Part shown: positions 11,096 through 20,854 of the stretch, piece after piece
Numbering within the stretch: the stretch's first letter is position 1
How the letters are laid out: each line of letters starts with the position of its first letter
Position numbers and translations under genes: made by a program
The notes under the pieces: generated by a model
Told to the model about the DNA's origin: nothing
The model's input: only the letters and a program-made list of their open reading frames with translations
The model's database searches: none
NCBI GenBank assembly: GCA_963765765.1
Contig: CAVXYC010000014.1
Coordinates: 96,001-160,000 of the forward strand
Direction: 5' to 3'
Source: an uncultured Chloroflexia bacterium
GTDB lineage: Bacteria > Chloroflexota > UBA6077 > JACCZL01
DNA: 64,000 bases

Positions 11096-11421
11096 CTGAG
11101 GGCAGCTGGCCGACCAGCGCCTCGTAGACCCGGAGCGCCGCGCTCCAGCCATGCCACTGCGCATACCCGGCGGCGTCGACGGTGCCGCGCCAGAGCCAGC
11201 AGCGCTCCGTCCGCTCGACGAGGTCCCAGAAGGTCTCCGGGAGCTCCGTGGGCCGCGGCCGCGCGCGCGGCCGGTCGCCGGTGCGGCAGAGCGCTGGTGG
11301 CGCACCCGGCGCCCCTACGGGCGGTGCGGCCTAGGCGCGTGCGCCAGCGCATGTAGTGCGCGTGACACCAGCCGCGGGCGTAGGGCGGACGCTCGCAACC
11401 GGAGATGGTGCACACGCGCAT
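11095..11421 (-). pseudogene. Phage-type HNH endonuclease N-terminal remnant
   Basis: MRVCTISGCERPPYARGWCHAHYMRWR Zn-finger-like start. Stitched continuation FWDLVERTERCWLWRGTVDAAGYAQW...RVYEALVGQLP is typical of the segment before phage HNH cores. The HNH core itself is absent. Confidence 0.65.
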
Positions 11422-11906
11422 GGTGCTTGGGGGACCCGCCTGAAGCAGGCGGCCATGGACGTGAACACCTCCAGCGGGTTCAGCAGCGGCTCGGCGTGGA
11501 CCAGCGAGGCGGCGAGAGGAGCGCCGGGAGCATGATGCGGCAATTTTACAGCCGGATGCTCGGACCCCGACTCGTCGTTTTCTACCCGTTCGAGTAGGCG
11601 AGAACGCTCGATAAGATAGTGGCTCCCGATGTGCCAGACGGCACACTGTCGCGGCGGCGGCTGTGCTATTGTCTTGACCGACGAAGGATTAGGTTATCGT
11701 CACACGCGACTGCGCCGACCCGAGCGATCCGAACCGGCTCGACGCGGATAAGGACGGGTTGCCTGTGAGTTCAATCAGGTCCCGCGGGACCTGACTCCGG
11801 TACCCCGATGACCACCGATTGGGCTGTGCCGCGCCGGTGATGATCGTAGGTGCGAATGGGGGAAGTCGACGCTAAGCATCGCGTGTGGTACAGGAGGTAC
11901 AATTCG

Positions 11907-13591
11907 ATGACGCGCTTCCACATCGCCTCCCCCGGTTCAGTGACTCCGCGCAGGCTATGGATCGCGCTCGCCCTCTCCATCCTGATCGTCGCCGCTTCGC
12001 ATCTGTCTGCTCCTCTGACTGGAGCAGGCCCCTCAGAGCAAGGTGCGCCGCCTGCCGTAACGCTGCAGCAGGTCGTCGGTGGGTTGAGCCAGCCGCTCTA
12101 CGTCACCCACGCCGGCGACGGCAGCGGCCGACTCTTCGTCGTCGAGAAGGCCGGCAAGATCAAGATCGTCATCAACGGCCAGGTTCAGGCTACCCCATTC
12201 CTCGACATCGACCCGCTCGTCCACTCCGGGGGCTCCGAGCAGGGGCTGCTCGGGCTCGCCTTCCACCCAAGCTACCAAACCAACGGCCGCTTCTACGTCT
12301 TCTACACTGACGAGGCCAACCAGGACGACATCCTCTCCCGCTACCAGCGCGCCGGGGCCGACCCGACCAGGGCCGATCCGGCGAGCGGGCGGGTTCTGTT
12401 GCACATCGCAGATCCGTACAGCAACCACAACGGCGGGATGCTCGCGTTCGGCCCGGACGGCTACCTGTACGTCGGGACCGGCGACGGTGGCAGCTTCGGC
12501 GACCCCGAAAACCGCGCCCAGAGCCTGCAGGAGCTGCTCGGCAAGCTGCTGCGGCTGAACGTCGATCTGGCTGCCGATGTCGCACCGTACTACGAGATTC
12601 CGCCGTCCAACCCGTACGCCACTCGGACCGACGGGACCCGCCGCGAAATCTGGGCGTATGGTCTACGCAACCCCTGGCGCTTCAGCTTCGATCGGCAGAC
12701 CGGCGACCTCTGGCTCGGCGACGTCGGCCAGGGCGCGCGCGAGGAGATCAACCGCCAGCCCGCCGGGCAGCGGGGGCGGTCAGAACTACGGCTGGCGGAT
12801 CATGGAGGGCCTGAGCTGCTTCAGCCCGAGCAGCGGCTGCAATCAGAGCGGCCTGACGTTGCCGATCCAGGATTACGACCACAGTCTGGGCTGCTCGGTG
12901 ACTGGCGGCTACGTCTACCGGGGCGCGGCGGTCCCGGACCTGCGAGGGCACTACATCTTCGGCGACTACTGCTCCGGACGGATCTGGTCGCTCCGCCTGC
13001 AGGACGGCAATTGGGTCCGCACCGAGCTGCTCGACACCGGCTACGCCATCAGCTCGTTCGGCGAGGACGAGGCCGGCGAGCTCTACCTCACGGATTTGAG
13101 CGGCGGGTCTGTCTATCGGTTCGTCTCGGAGCAAGCCTGCGCCGTCGAGGCAGCTGGCGGCGAGCACCGCATCAGCCGATACCGACCGGCGGGGGCGCCT
13201 GGACCCGGCCCCCTTCCGCCGCCTGCGGGACGATGTCCTCAAGCGCACCGGGGGCGGGCAGCGCTACGTCCGCCTGTACGAGACCCACAGCCCGGAGATC
13301 GTCCGGCTGATGGCGAGTGACGCGGAGCTCCGCACGGCACTCCGCGATGGGCTGCTGCTGTGGCAGGCCGATCTGTCGGCGCTGGCCGACGGACGCGGCG
13401 GCAGTGCGACGATCGACGCCGAGCAGGTGCGGGCGGCCGAGGCGGTGCTGGACCGATTAGCGGCAAAAGGCAGTCCGGGGCTACGCCGGGCGATCGAGCA
13501 GGAGCGCCGGACGCACCCGCCCGCGAGCTTCGTGGGCAAGCCGCTCGACCGGGCGCTGGACGACCTCACGCGCGGGCAAGCGGAGCGCTGA
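11907..13591 (+). CDS. PQQ-dependent sugar (glucose/sorbosone) dehydrogenase family protein with C-terminal helical extension, frameshifted
   Basis: AGGAGG RBS; N-terminal hydrophobic signal; GDGSGRLFVVEK, EQGLLGLAFHP, NHNGGMLAFGPDGYLYVGTGDGG, YGLRNPWRFSFD, NYGW, SVTGGYVYRG, ISSFGEDEAGELY. Confidence 0.85.
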
Positions 13592-13641
13592 GACAGATAC
13601 ACCCTCGTTCCCTCCTTGGTACGAAGGAGGACACCGCTTAA

Positions 13642-14572
13642 TCAGTGCAACGGCCTGTGCCGGTCCGCGTTCTCTTGCTCAAAGTAGTCCTGGCGCCTGA
13701 GCGCGACATACCCACAGACTATTGGGAGCCCAGCCGCGCCCCACACTATCGGGTCGTGGACGTGCCCGAACGTAAGCAGACTCATGACCGTCGTGAGCCC
13801 GAACACGGTGCTGCTACCCCACGATGAGGTCCACGCGCGGTGCAAGAATCGTGTGCGTGCCTACCTGACCCAGAACGCCCGCAACGTGCGTCGGCGGGAC
13901 TTCTGCTGGGGGGCTGCACGAGTTGCACTCCTGGTGCGGGAGTCTCCTGAACGGGCATGATCTGGATCGCGAGCGCCTCTTGCACCGACGCTGGCAGGGA
14001 CCCGGCGTGGCCGAGCGCCCATGAATCCCATTTCTCACATTGCTCGGCCGCCTGACGCTGATTCTTCAGCACGCGGATCGCCTCCTATTCCACACCATGC
14101 GCAACTGCTGGGCGAGACCATCGGCCGCAAGAGCCCTCTCGATGTGCCAGAGTCCTGTCGCGACCTCCTGGTCGTAGGGCTGCGTGCCGCGGTGATGGTC
14201 ATCCCGATGGTGCCGGATGAGCTTGCGAAACGATCCCCTGCCCACCTCCAACGCCTCTCGCAGCGCCGCTTCGCGGGCTTCGGCGGCCTCGGCACGATGC
14301 TGCTCTTGGGCGAACGTCGCGCGCTGCCTTGCCTGCGCCCCGACGAACTCGGCCCGGCGACGCGCCAGCTCGGCCCGAAGCTCATCCCGCTCTCCTTCGG
14401 CCCGGTCCGCTCGCTCGGTCGCCTGCTGCTGTCGCTCGATACACTCAGCCAGATCGTGAGCCGTGCTGCACCACCCCCAGTCGGGAGCCGATACGAGTCG
14501 TTCCATCGCGCGCCTCGATCCGCGGCCGGCTCGTCCCGGTCGATCCGGTAGAGCCCGGCCATCACTACGCAT
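13642..14572 (-). CDS. Cluster of small phage-like hypothetical ORFs (coiled-coil ORF 14066-14572; small hydrophobic ORF 13642-13845)
   Basis: Coiled-coil text (AEGERDELRAEL...AEAAEAREAALREAL) and location inside the att-bounded element. Exact frames are uncertain. Confidence 0.4.
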
Positions 14573-14796
14573 AGGTCGCCACCAGACCCCCGCGTTACCG
14601 GGAGCCCGCCGAGGGGAACCGCCGGCGCGAGCTCCGGCCCAACCGCCAGGCGAGCAAGGGCGCGCACGGCGGCCGCGGTTTCCGGAGCCCCACCACCCGC
14701 ATCGACGGCGCGGACATCGAACCGGCGTTCGTCGCCCAGGCCATTACCGCACACGCTGTCGGCCGTATCCGACGAGTTCTCGATCGAGCGGCCATT

Positions 14797-14835
14797 TGTA
14801 GCGACCGATGTAGCAACCCCGCTGGACTGTAGCAA
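14797..14835 (+). repeat. TGTAGC(A/G)A direct repeats, putative arm-type sites (right arm)
   Basis: Copies at 14797, 14809 and 14828, matching the left-arm motif and its 12-bp spacing. Confidence 0.6.
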
Positions 14836-14919
14836 CACTGGGCGGACTCAAAGGTTCAAATCCGCATACCTTCAAGTACGCAGCGGACTATTTTGGACGA
14901 CTACGGACACCCATCCATC

Positions 14920-14966
14920 GGACTCATAAGCCCTTGGTCGGGGGTTCAAATCCCTCCTCCGCCACC
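14920..14966 (+). repeat. att site: 47-bp duplicate of the tRNA-Met 3' half
   Basis: GGACTCATAAGCCCTTGGTCGGGGGTTCAAATCCCTCCTCCGCCACC is identical to 10391-10437. The 5' half of the tRNA is absent here. Confidence 0.95.
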
Positions 14967-14980
14967 TCATATTTGAGTTC

Positions 14981-15018
14981 AAAAAGCCCTGTCCGCATTG
15001 ACGCGGACAGGGCTTTTT
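14981..15018. terminator. Bidirectional intrinsic terminator after the att duplicate
   Basis: AAAAAGCCCTGTCCGC-loop-GCGGACAGGGCTTTTT. Confidence 0.8.
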
Positions 15019-15046
15019 GTTCGTTTGAGCCCAATAAATAGCCCAA

Positions 15047-15229
15047 TCAGGCTTGGCGAGCCATTCGGATGGCTGCCTGCATGCGCTCAGCCGCGTCGGC
15101 ACCTGGCCCGTCAACCGCATGGGTGTACAAGTCAGCCGTGATTGCGATCGTGCTGTGACCAAGGCACTCGGACACGGTCTTAAGGTCCACACCCGCCTTC
15201 CGCATTACGGTTGCGTGGCTGTGCCAACC
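15047..15229 (-). pseudogene. Second tyrosine integrase C-terminal remnant (not in ORF track)
   Basis: Hand translation: GWHSHATVMRKAGVDLKTVSECLGHSTIAITADLYTHAVDGPGADAAERMQAAIRMARQA*, which contains box II (LGH...Y). Confidence 0.85.
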
Positions 15230-15380
15230 AGAGAACCCAGTCAGCCCGTCTGCCTTGTAGAGTATGCGCGCCGATGCTTATTCTGGAGGTGCTTGAGTTG
15301 GTGCTGCCGAGGGTGCTGGCTTGTGTGCGTCGTAGATGATGCTGGCTGCGATGCTCGTCACGACTGAAGTCACTACGTTT

Positions 15381-16373
15381 TCAACGCGCGGCAGGCGATG
15401 GCGCCTTGCTTGTTACACGCCGCGGCGCGGTTTCGATCACGCCTCCGAACGTGTCGCCGAAAACCGGCGGTTGGACGATCGGGCCAGGAGCGACCAGCGC
15501 GTTCGGCAGCTCATTGCTCTCCCAGCCCTCACTGGGGTCGGTGCTCATGTGCTCGAGGGAGATCTGCGGTGCGTGGACGAACGGGATCAGCATGTCGGTC
15601 TGACCGAACGAGGTATTCAGGCCGAATACGGCAAAGTAATCCGGCACCCAGACGTCGTCCGTGTGGATGGTCAAGGTAAACCAGCCGCCGTTGATGTCGG
15701 CACGGCTGAAAGGCGCCGGGAGCTTCGTCACATAGAAGTTCGCGCGACCCTGGCCCAGATCGCCCTGAGGCGTTTTCGGCAGCAGATAGCTCAGCATGAG
15801 CCGGCCCGGTACGCCGGCCGACAGAGTGACCGGCCCCTCGGTTCCCGTGTCTTCGAGAGGGACTGCTGGACCCGGACCGCCACCCGGGAAGAAGCCGGGG
15901 TACTGCTCGGTCGCCGCGATGACGATGATCCGGAGCGCGCGGCTGTTGACCGCCCCGGGCCCCACCGGCCGAAGGGCGAGCGTGGAGACGCCTTCACTCG
16001 AGTCGGTGCTCAGCCACGTGCCGTCCGAGGGGCTCGTGAACGGACTCGCGAGATCGAGCACCGCGCCGAGAGGAACCACCAGCTCGCGTGGCAGGCGGCC
16101 GGAGATCCCCCACGCGATGACGCTCTGGGGAGCCCAGGCATCGTCCCCGCTCGCGCGAAGCCGGAGCTCGAGAAGCTCCGAGTCGAGGGCGCGATTCTCC
16201 ACGTTGATGCGGTGGAGACCGGCGCGGCCGCGCGCGAAGTCGAAGTCACCGAGAGGGATCTGGAACAGGTCCTGGCCGGCGCGGCTGAACAGGAGCGCGG
16301 GAGGATCCGACGTGCCGGCGTCTTCTACGTTTCTGGTAAGAGTGGCGACGTAGAGCTCCGTGAGTCTCGGCAT
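15381..16373 (-). CDS. Hypothetical protein with two tandem beta-sandwich (PLAT/LH2-like) repeats
   Basis: GGAGG RBS before ATG 16373. Internal repeat pairs EDAGT/EDTGT, FARGRA/LGQGRA, GDDAWAP/TDDVWVP and LSTDSSEG/MSTDPSEG. Confidence 0.65.
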   Translation of the reverse strand: MPRLTELYVATLTRNVEDAGTSDPPALLFSRAGQDLFQIPLGDFDFARGRAGLHRINVENRALDSELLELRLRASGDDAWAPQSVIAWGISGRLPRELVVPLGAVLDLASPFTSPSDGTWLSTDSSEGVSTLALRPVGPGAVNSRALRIIVIAATEQYPGFFPGGGPGPAVPLEDTGTEGPVTLSAGVPGRLMLSYLLPKTPQGDLGQGRANFYVTKLPAPFSRADINGGWFTLTIHTDDVWVPDYFAVFGLNTSFGQTDMLIPFVHAPQISLEHMSTDPSEGWESNELPNALVAPGPIVQPPVFGDTFGGVIETAPRRVTSKAPSPAAR

Positions 16374-16881
16374 GAAACGTCCTCCGACTGCGCGAACCCG
16401 CTCCGACGACGTTCTGACAAACGTCGCCTGGACGGGCGGCCAGGCTTCACCACCGAACTCTCTCGAGTCCCGGCCCGACACGCGCAAGCATACACCTGGA
16501 TTACCTCCGGTTCCCACGCTCGCCGGCACAGTACTCGCCGAACGCATCGCGTTCAGCGCTCGAGGGAGTTGAATGATTTGACTGCGAGGTCGAGTCACGT
16601 CCACAGATGGCGACCGCAGCGCGTGACGATCGCCGTCCAGTCATGCAAGGGATAGGCGCCGGTGGGGGTGCGGGAATCGCGTGCTACTGCGAGAATGGCG
16701 GCGATGCGCTGGCCAAGCTGCGCCCCATTCTCGATCAAATTGAATTTGGTATGGGCAAGCTCAGACGCGAGCTCGGTCGGTAACGGCGCAGTAGAGTGGG
16801 GATCCTGCGCGAAGGTCGAAGCTCGGCCAATCCAGCCTGGCCACGAGTCATTAAATATCCCTGTACGACCGCCTCAGGGCC

Positions 16882-17220
16882 ATGCTGGAAGTGATGCTGC
16901 TGCCGATGATGGGGCGTGAGGATGCGGATCTTGTCCGCGAGTTCATGCGAGTGGTGCGTACTTGGGACGGCTTCGCGCTCCAGGTCACGATGGTGGTGTG
17001 GGTGAGCCCCAGCTACGCCGAGCTGGAGTGGAGGACGTATCGGACCTGGCGGCGAGTGCCCACGCCGGAGCGGCTCCAAGCGGCGCAGGAACGGGCGCTG
17101 CTGTCTCCGAGGTTCTTCCGCGCCTGCATGATGTGCGGCGAGCGCAACAACCGGGGCCATATGCACGACGCACGCGTTTGCCAGGGATGTGCCGAACGGC
17201 ACCTCGGCGTCGTGTACTGA
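16882..17220 (+). CDS. Small hypothetical protein with C-terminal Cys4 zinc-binding motif
   Basis: CMMC-x14-CQGC then AERHLGVVY*. Codon usage looks coding. Start is uncertain. Confidence 0.6.
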   Translation: MLEVMLLPMMGREDADLVREFMRVVRTWDGFALQVTMVVWVSPSYAELEWRTYRTWRRVPTPERLQAAQERALLSPRFFRACMMCGERNNRGHMHDARVCQGCAERHLGVVY

Positions 17221-17341
17221 TCTACGAGATTGATCTTTACCCGCAGCAATCACGAGCTCTCGGACTCTCTCCACCCGTCCGGGACGATAGACTCTCGTAC
17301 TGACGAGTCAAGACGAAGCATTTCGTTCAGTCCAAGATCGT

Positions 17342-17495
17342 CTAACTGCTCGCGATCGTATTTGACTGGACCTGCCCGACATTAACTTGGCGCGCCGAGC
17401 CGATGTTCAGGCTCGGTGCGGGCGACCGCCGTCGATCCTCCAGCGCCTTCAGGTTCCGTAGCATCATGCGGTTGGCCCGGTCGAACGTCAGTACC
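17342..17495 (-). pseudogene. C-terminal remnant of an uncharacterised protein (copy 1)
   Basis: FDRANRMMLRNLKALEDRRRSPAPSLNIGSARQVNVGQVQSNTIASS*, paralogous to 20855-21076. Confidence 0.6.
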
Positions 17496-17809
17496 AGGTC
17501 GTCGAACCCAGCTCTCGCCTGGGCATTCAGGAGATCTTCAGGATCGGCTCTTGGCAGCTTCAGAACCCAGTGTCAGGCTGTGAGCGTCGTGCGCTCGGTT
17601 CTTCAAGGCCGCCGCGACACCGCCGCTCACCCCGAGGGAAGCCGCGTGGCCCGCCCCCTGCACAGACGATGCCGAGGAGTATCGCGAATGCCCGTCCTAG
17701 AAGAGAACGCCTACCAACGTGGCGCTGAGCTCCGCGAGGTGGATCCGATGCTTGTCTCGTGTCACTCCGCCACGTCCGGCCGAGGCGGTCTGCTGTGGCT
17801 GGCCTAACG

Positions 17810-18904
17810 ATGCGTCGGGCCGGCGCGCTCGTGCGACTCACGCTCGTGATGCTGGGCGCGCTCCTGGTGGGCGCGACACTCCGCGGCGATGCAGGGTTCG
17901 CGCAGGGTTCCAGCGCGCCCAGCACCGTCGGCCGCGCCGAAGCCGTCACCGCCGCGCAGGGCGCACCGCCACGCGCGCTCGACCGATCCCCGTATGCCGC
18001 GCTCCCCCAGACCGGTGGGAGCGTCTCGGATTCGGACCTTCAGTATGTCATCGCGGGTCTCGGATTGGTCGATCTGCCGGTCGTGAGCGTGCATGGGGGA
18101 CCCGCCAGCGGTCCAGGCGATACCGCCACGTCGACCGTCACGGCGCGCAACGTCAACCTGTTCGGCGGTCGCGTCCGCGCGGCGAACATCCGCGTCACCG
18201 CTCGCGCCGGCCTGCTCGATGGCCAGGTCAGTGTCGATGGCGATGCGGAGATCGAGGGACTGACAGTGGACAACGTCGCGTACCCGGCACCCGCGCCCAG
18301 CGAGGCGATCCCGCTGCCCGGCATCGGGACGCTGGTCGTTCGGGAAGTCCAGGTGACCGAGCTTGGACCCGGTGCGGCCAGCGTGGCGGTGCGGGCCCTG
18401 CATGTGGTCCCCGACAGCACCAGCGGACCACTCGGCACGAGCGAGCTGCTCGTGGGCGCGGCCACCGCCGGAGCGCCAGATATTGTCCTGAGTCCACCCA
18501 GCGTCCTGGCGGCCCGACAGGTCAGCACGCTGGAGCCGTACGTCGTGATCGACTCCCATGTGCCCAGTAGCTTCTCGAATGAGAACTTCGACGATGACGA
18601 CTTCGACGATGACGATTTCGAGAGCGACAATCAGACCACGGCGAGCAGTGCCGGATCGTTGCCAAGCAACGCCGGATCGTTGGCGAGCAGTGCCGGATCG
18701 TCCGGCACGCCCGGCGGCACGACCGCGAGTGGGTCGGTGGTCGTGACGGTCGTGGTGGTGGTGCAGACGCCCACATCGGAACGCTCGCCCACGGCCGCAC
18801 CGGCCCGCACGCCCACGGCCGCTCCCGAGCGCACTCCAACCCGCGCACCGGAGCGCTCCCCAACGTCCGCCCCCGAGCCCACGCGCCAGCGCGGTCAGCG
18901 GTGA
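17810..18904 (+). CDS. Secreted beta-rich protein (choice-of-anchor P-like) with acidic and Pro/Thr-rich repetitive tail
   Basis: Signal peptide; VNLFGGRVRA, PLPGIGTLVVRE, VRALHV; tail repeats FDDDD x2, (A/P)S(S/N)AGS x3, xR(S/T)PTxAP x4. Confidence 0.6.
   Translation: MRRAGALVRLTLVMLGALLVGATLRGDAGFAQGSSAPSTVGRAEAVTAAQGAPPRALDRSPYAALPQTGGSVSDSDLQYVIAGLGLVDLPVVSVHGGPASGPGDTATSTVTARNVNLFGGRVRAANIRVTARAGLLDGQVSVDGDAEIEGLTVDNVAYPAPAPSEAIPLPGIGTLVVREVQVTELGPGAASVAVRALHVVPDSTSGPLGTSELLVGAATAGAPDIVLSPPSVLAARQVSTLEPYVVIDSHVPSSFSNENFDDDDFDDDDFESDNQTTASSAGSLPSNAGSLASSAGSSGTPGGTTASGSVVVTVVVVVQTPTSERSPTAAPARTPTAAPERTPTRAPERSPTSAPEPTRQRGQR
18641..18874 (+). repeat. Intragenic tandem repeats (3 x 21 bp at 18641-18703; 4 x 24 bp at 18779-18874)
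   Basis: GCGAGCAGTGCCGGATCGTTG-type units, and ERSPTAAP/ARTPTAAP/ERTPTRAP/ERSPTSAP. Confidence 0.75.
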
Positions 18905-20085
18905 GGGAGCGCGATCCGCGGCTTTCAGGGGCGCTGCGAGTGCACAAACCACTCGCGGCCTTCAGCCCCCGAGCACGTGCTCGACCGGCACCACCGCAGG
19001 ACCAGGGCCCCCTGTTTACGAGACTCCGGCACCCGTGGTACAACAGCCCCGGCAGCCACCCCGCGGGCGCGCGTTCTGAATTCAGCTCGCCGTAAGGAGC
19101 CTCAGGCGACCACGGTGGCAATTCCGGAGGATTGATGGCAGATAGCTTAAGGGAGGACGTGGAGCAGGCGTTGCGACCCCCATCAGGAAGCGCTGAGACA
19201 GCAACACAATGGTGAGATCTACGCGGTGCAGCCGGTCTCAAGAGACCTTGTCAAGGTCGTGTGGAGTTACGGCGGCTCGCTTCTCCCGCAGGGCCTCACC
19301 GATTGTCGAGACATTCGGCGGGAGGCTGGCTTGCCGTCCCAGCGACGAAGCTGGGACACCGATAGCGCTCGAAGTGCGACGGAATAGTCATCCCTAGCGG
19401 ACTGACTGTGCCCCTGGACGAGTCGAGATCGTACGGGAAACTTGTGTTCGTTCGCCCTGGTCCCGCGGAGATGGGGTCTCGTGAAGGCTCGTGCTGTCCG
19501 CACCACCGTGTGTCGTCGATCGTGCCAAGTGACGATTCCGTAGTTCTTGCGAAACCCGATTTGCTCCACGGCGAACTGAGTCCTTCTGAGACCAGCACCT
19601 CACTCGAAGAGCCATTGTTCGGCCCAGCCACTAGGGCCCTGGTGCCAGACGATCGCTGCATCGCCGCCGGCGTCCTCGACGAGGACGCGCTTCCGCCCCG
19701 AAGGAATCGCGGCAACTTCCTCAACCGTGCTCATACCTCGCTCCGGTACCCGTGATGGCCCTGGAACGATACTCCTAGCCAGAGCGCCGGAGCGCGAAGC
19801 CGGATGGTTTCAGGGCGTCAGCGAGTGTTGACCCGTTTGTAGGGTCTTGAGGGCAGAAGTGGAGCTTACCGTCTGGGTATTCTGGCGATTGATGCCCGAG
19901 AACCCTCGATCCTCCCCGTTGGGGCTGCCGACGCCCGCCTCCAGGAGCTACTGACCGAAGAGCTCAGCTATGACCAGACGATCCAGCGCGAGGGAAATCT
20001 GAAGAGCTCGGCCCGCAAGGCTCAGGCGCGTGCGTCGCGGCGCCAGCGGGATGAGGCGACTCGCGAGTCCTGACCGTGGCCGACC

Positions 20086-20121
20086 AGAGAGCCCCGGAGT
20101 GGAGACACTCCGGGGCTCTCT
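20086..20121. terminator. Hairpin downstream of the fasciclin gene
   Basis: AGAGAGCCCCGGAGTG-loop-CACTCCGGGGCTCTCT. Confidence 0.6.
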
Positions 20122-20145
20122 CGTTCGAGGACCGAGAGTGAGTGG

Positions 20146-20708
20146 CTACTCGGGGTGCCGCTCCATCTCAGCTGCGCTCGTCGGCGGCAGCAGGACCGTG
20201 TCGATGACGTGGATCACGCCGTTGCTGGCCATGACATCGGCCATCGTGACGCTGGCGCTGGTTGATCTGCACGCCGCCGTCCATGCTCGCGCCGATCCGG
20301 AGCGGCTGCCCCTGGACGGTCCAGCGCCGACGTCAAGGGCCCACGTCGGCCGCGGTCACGCGCGCCCGGGACGACGTGGTACGTCAGCACGGCGCGGAGC
20401 TGATCCGGGTCGGCGAGCAGTGCATCGACGGTGCCGGCGGCAGCTTGGCGAACGCCTCGTCGGTCGGGCGCGAAGACGGTGAACGGGCCGCTGCCCTTGA
20501 GGGTGTCGACCAGGCCGGCGGCCTGGAGCGCGGTCGCCAGCGTGGTGAAGCTCCCGGCGGCCACGGCGGTGTCGACGATGTCCGACTGCATGGGCTGGGC
20601 CTCGACCGGGGCGCGGCCGGCCGCGGCGAGCAGGGCCGCGAGCGCGAGCGCCCGAGCGGCGGTCGACCACCCGGTGGTCGAGAGTGAACGGGTGAGTACG
20701 GTATGCAT
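20146..20708 (-). CDS. Fasciclin (FAS1) domain secreted protein, frameshifted
   Basis: [63 protein letters not shown]; GGAGG RBS. Confidence 0.9.
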
Positions 20709-20854
20709 TGGGGGCCTCCAGGCTCCTGTCATCTGCCTCTCCGGTGAGCGGCGATACCCGGACGATACGGCCCGGCGCCGCCGTTTCGGCCGACGAGCTC
20801 GACAAAAGGTGGACAGAATAGGGATGCCGAACAGGCCGGCCCGCGTCGTTCAGA

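Larger units (their letters stand above)
10391..14966. mobile_element. Decayed integrative element/prophage remnant inserted in the tRNA-Met 3' end
   Basis: Perfect 47-bp direct repeat at 10391-10437 and 14920-14966. An integrase remnant sits next to the tRNA, with an HNH remnant and phage-like small ORFs inside. Confidence 0.88.

Noticed and set aside
11764-11779. Additional Crp box upstream of the sugar dehydrogenase (TGTGA-N6-TCAGG)
   Set aside because: Only one half-site is perfect, which could arise by chance.
14920-14966. Second tRNA gene
   Set aside because: Only the anticodon loop through the acceptor 3' strand is present, with no D-arm or 5' acceptor strand. It is an att duplicate.
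18583-18874. Possible CRISPR-like repeat array
   Set aside because: Units are adjacent, in-frame multiples of 3 with no unique spacers, lie inside a CDS, and there are no cas genes.
19130-20030. Possible gene(s) between the secreted protein and fasciclin
   Set aside because: Short interrupted frames with no recognisable motif. Likely decayed DNA that cannot be called.
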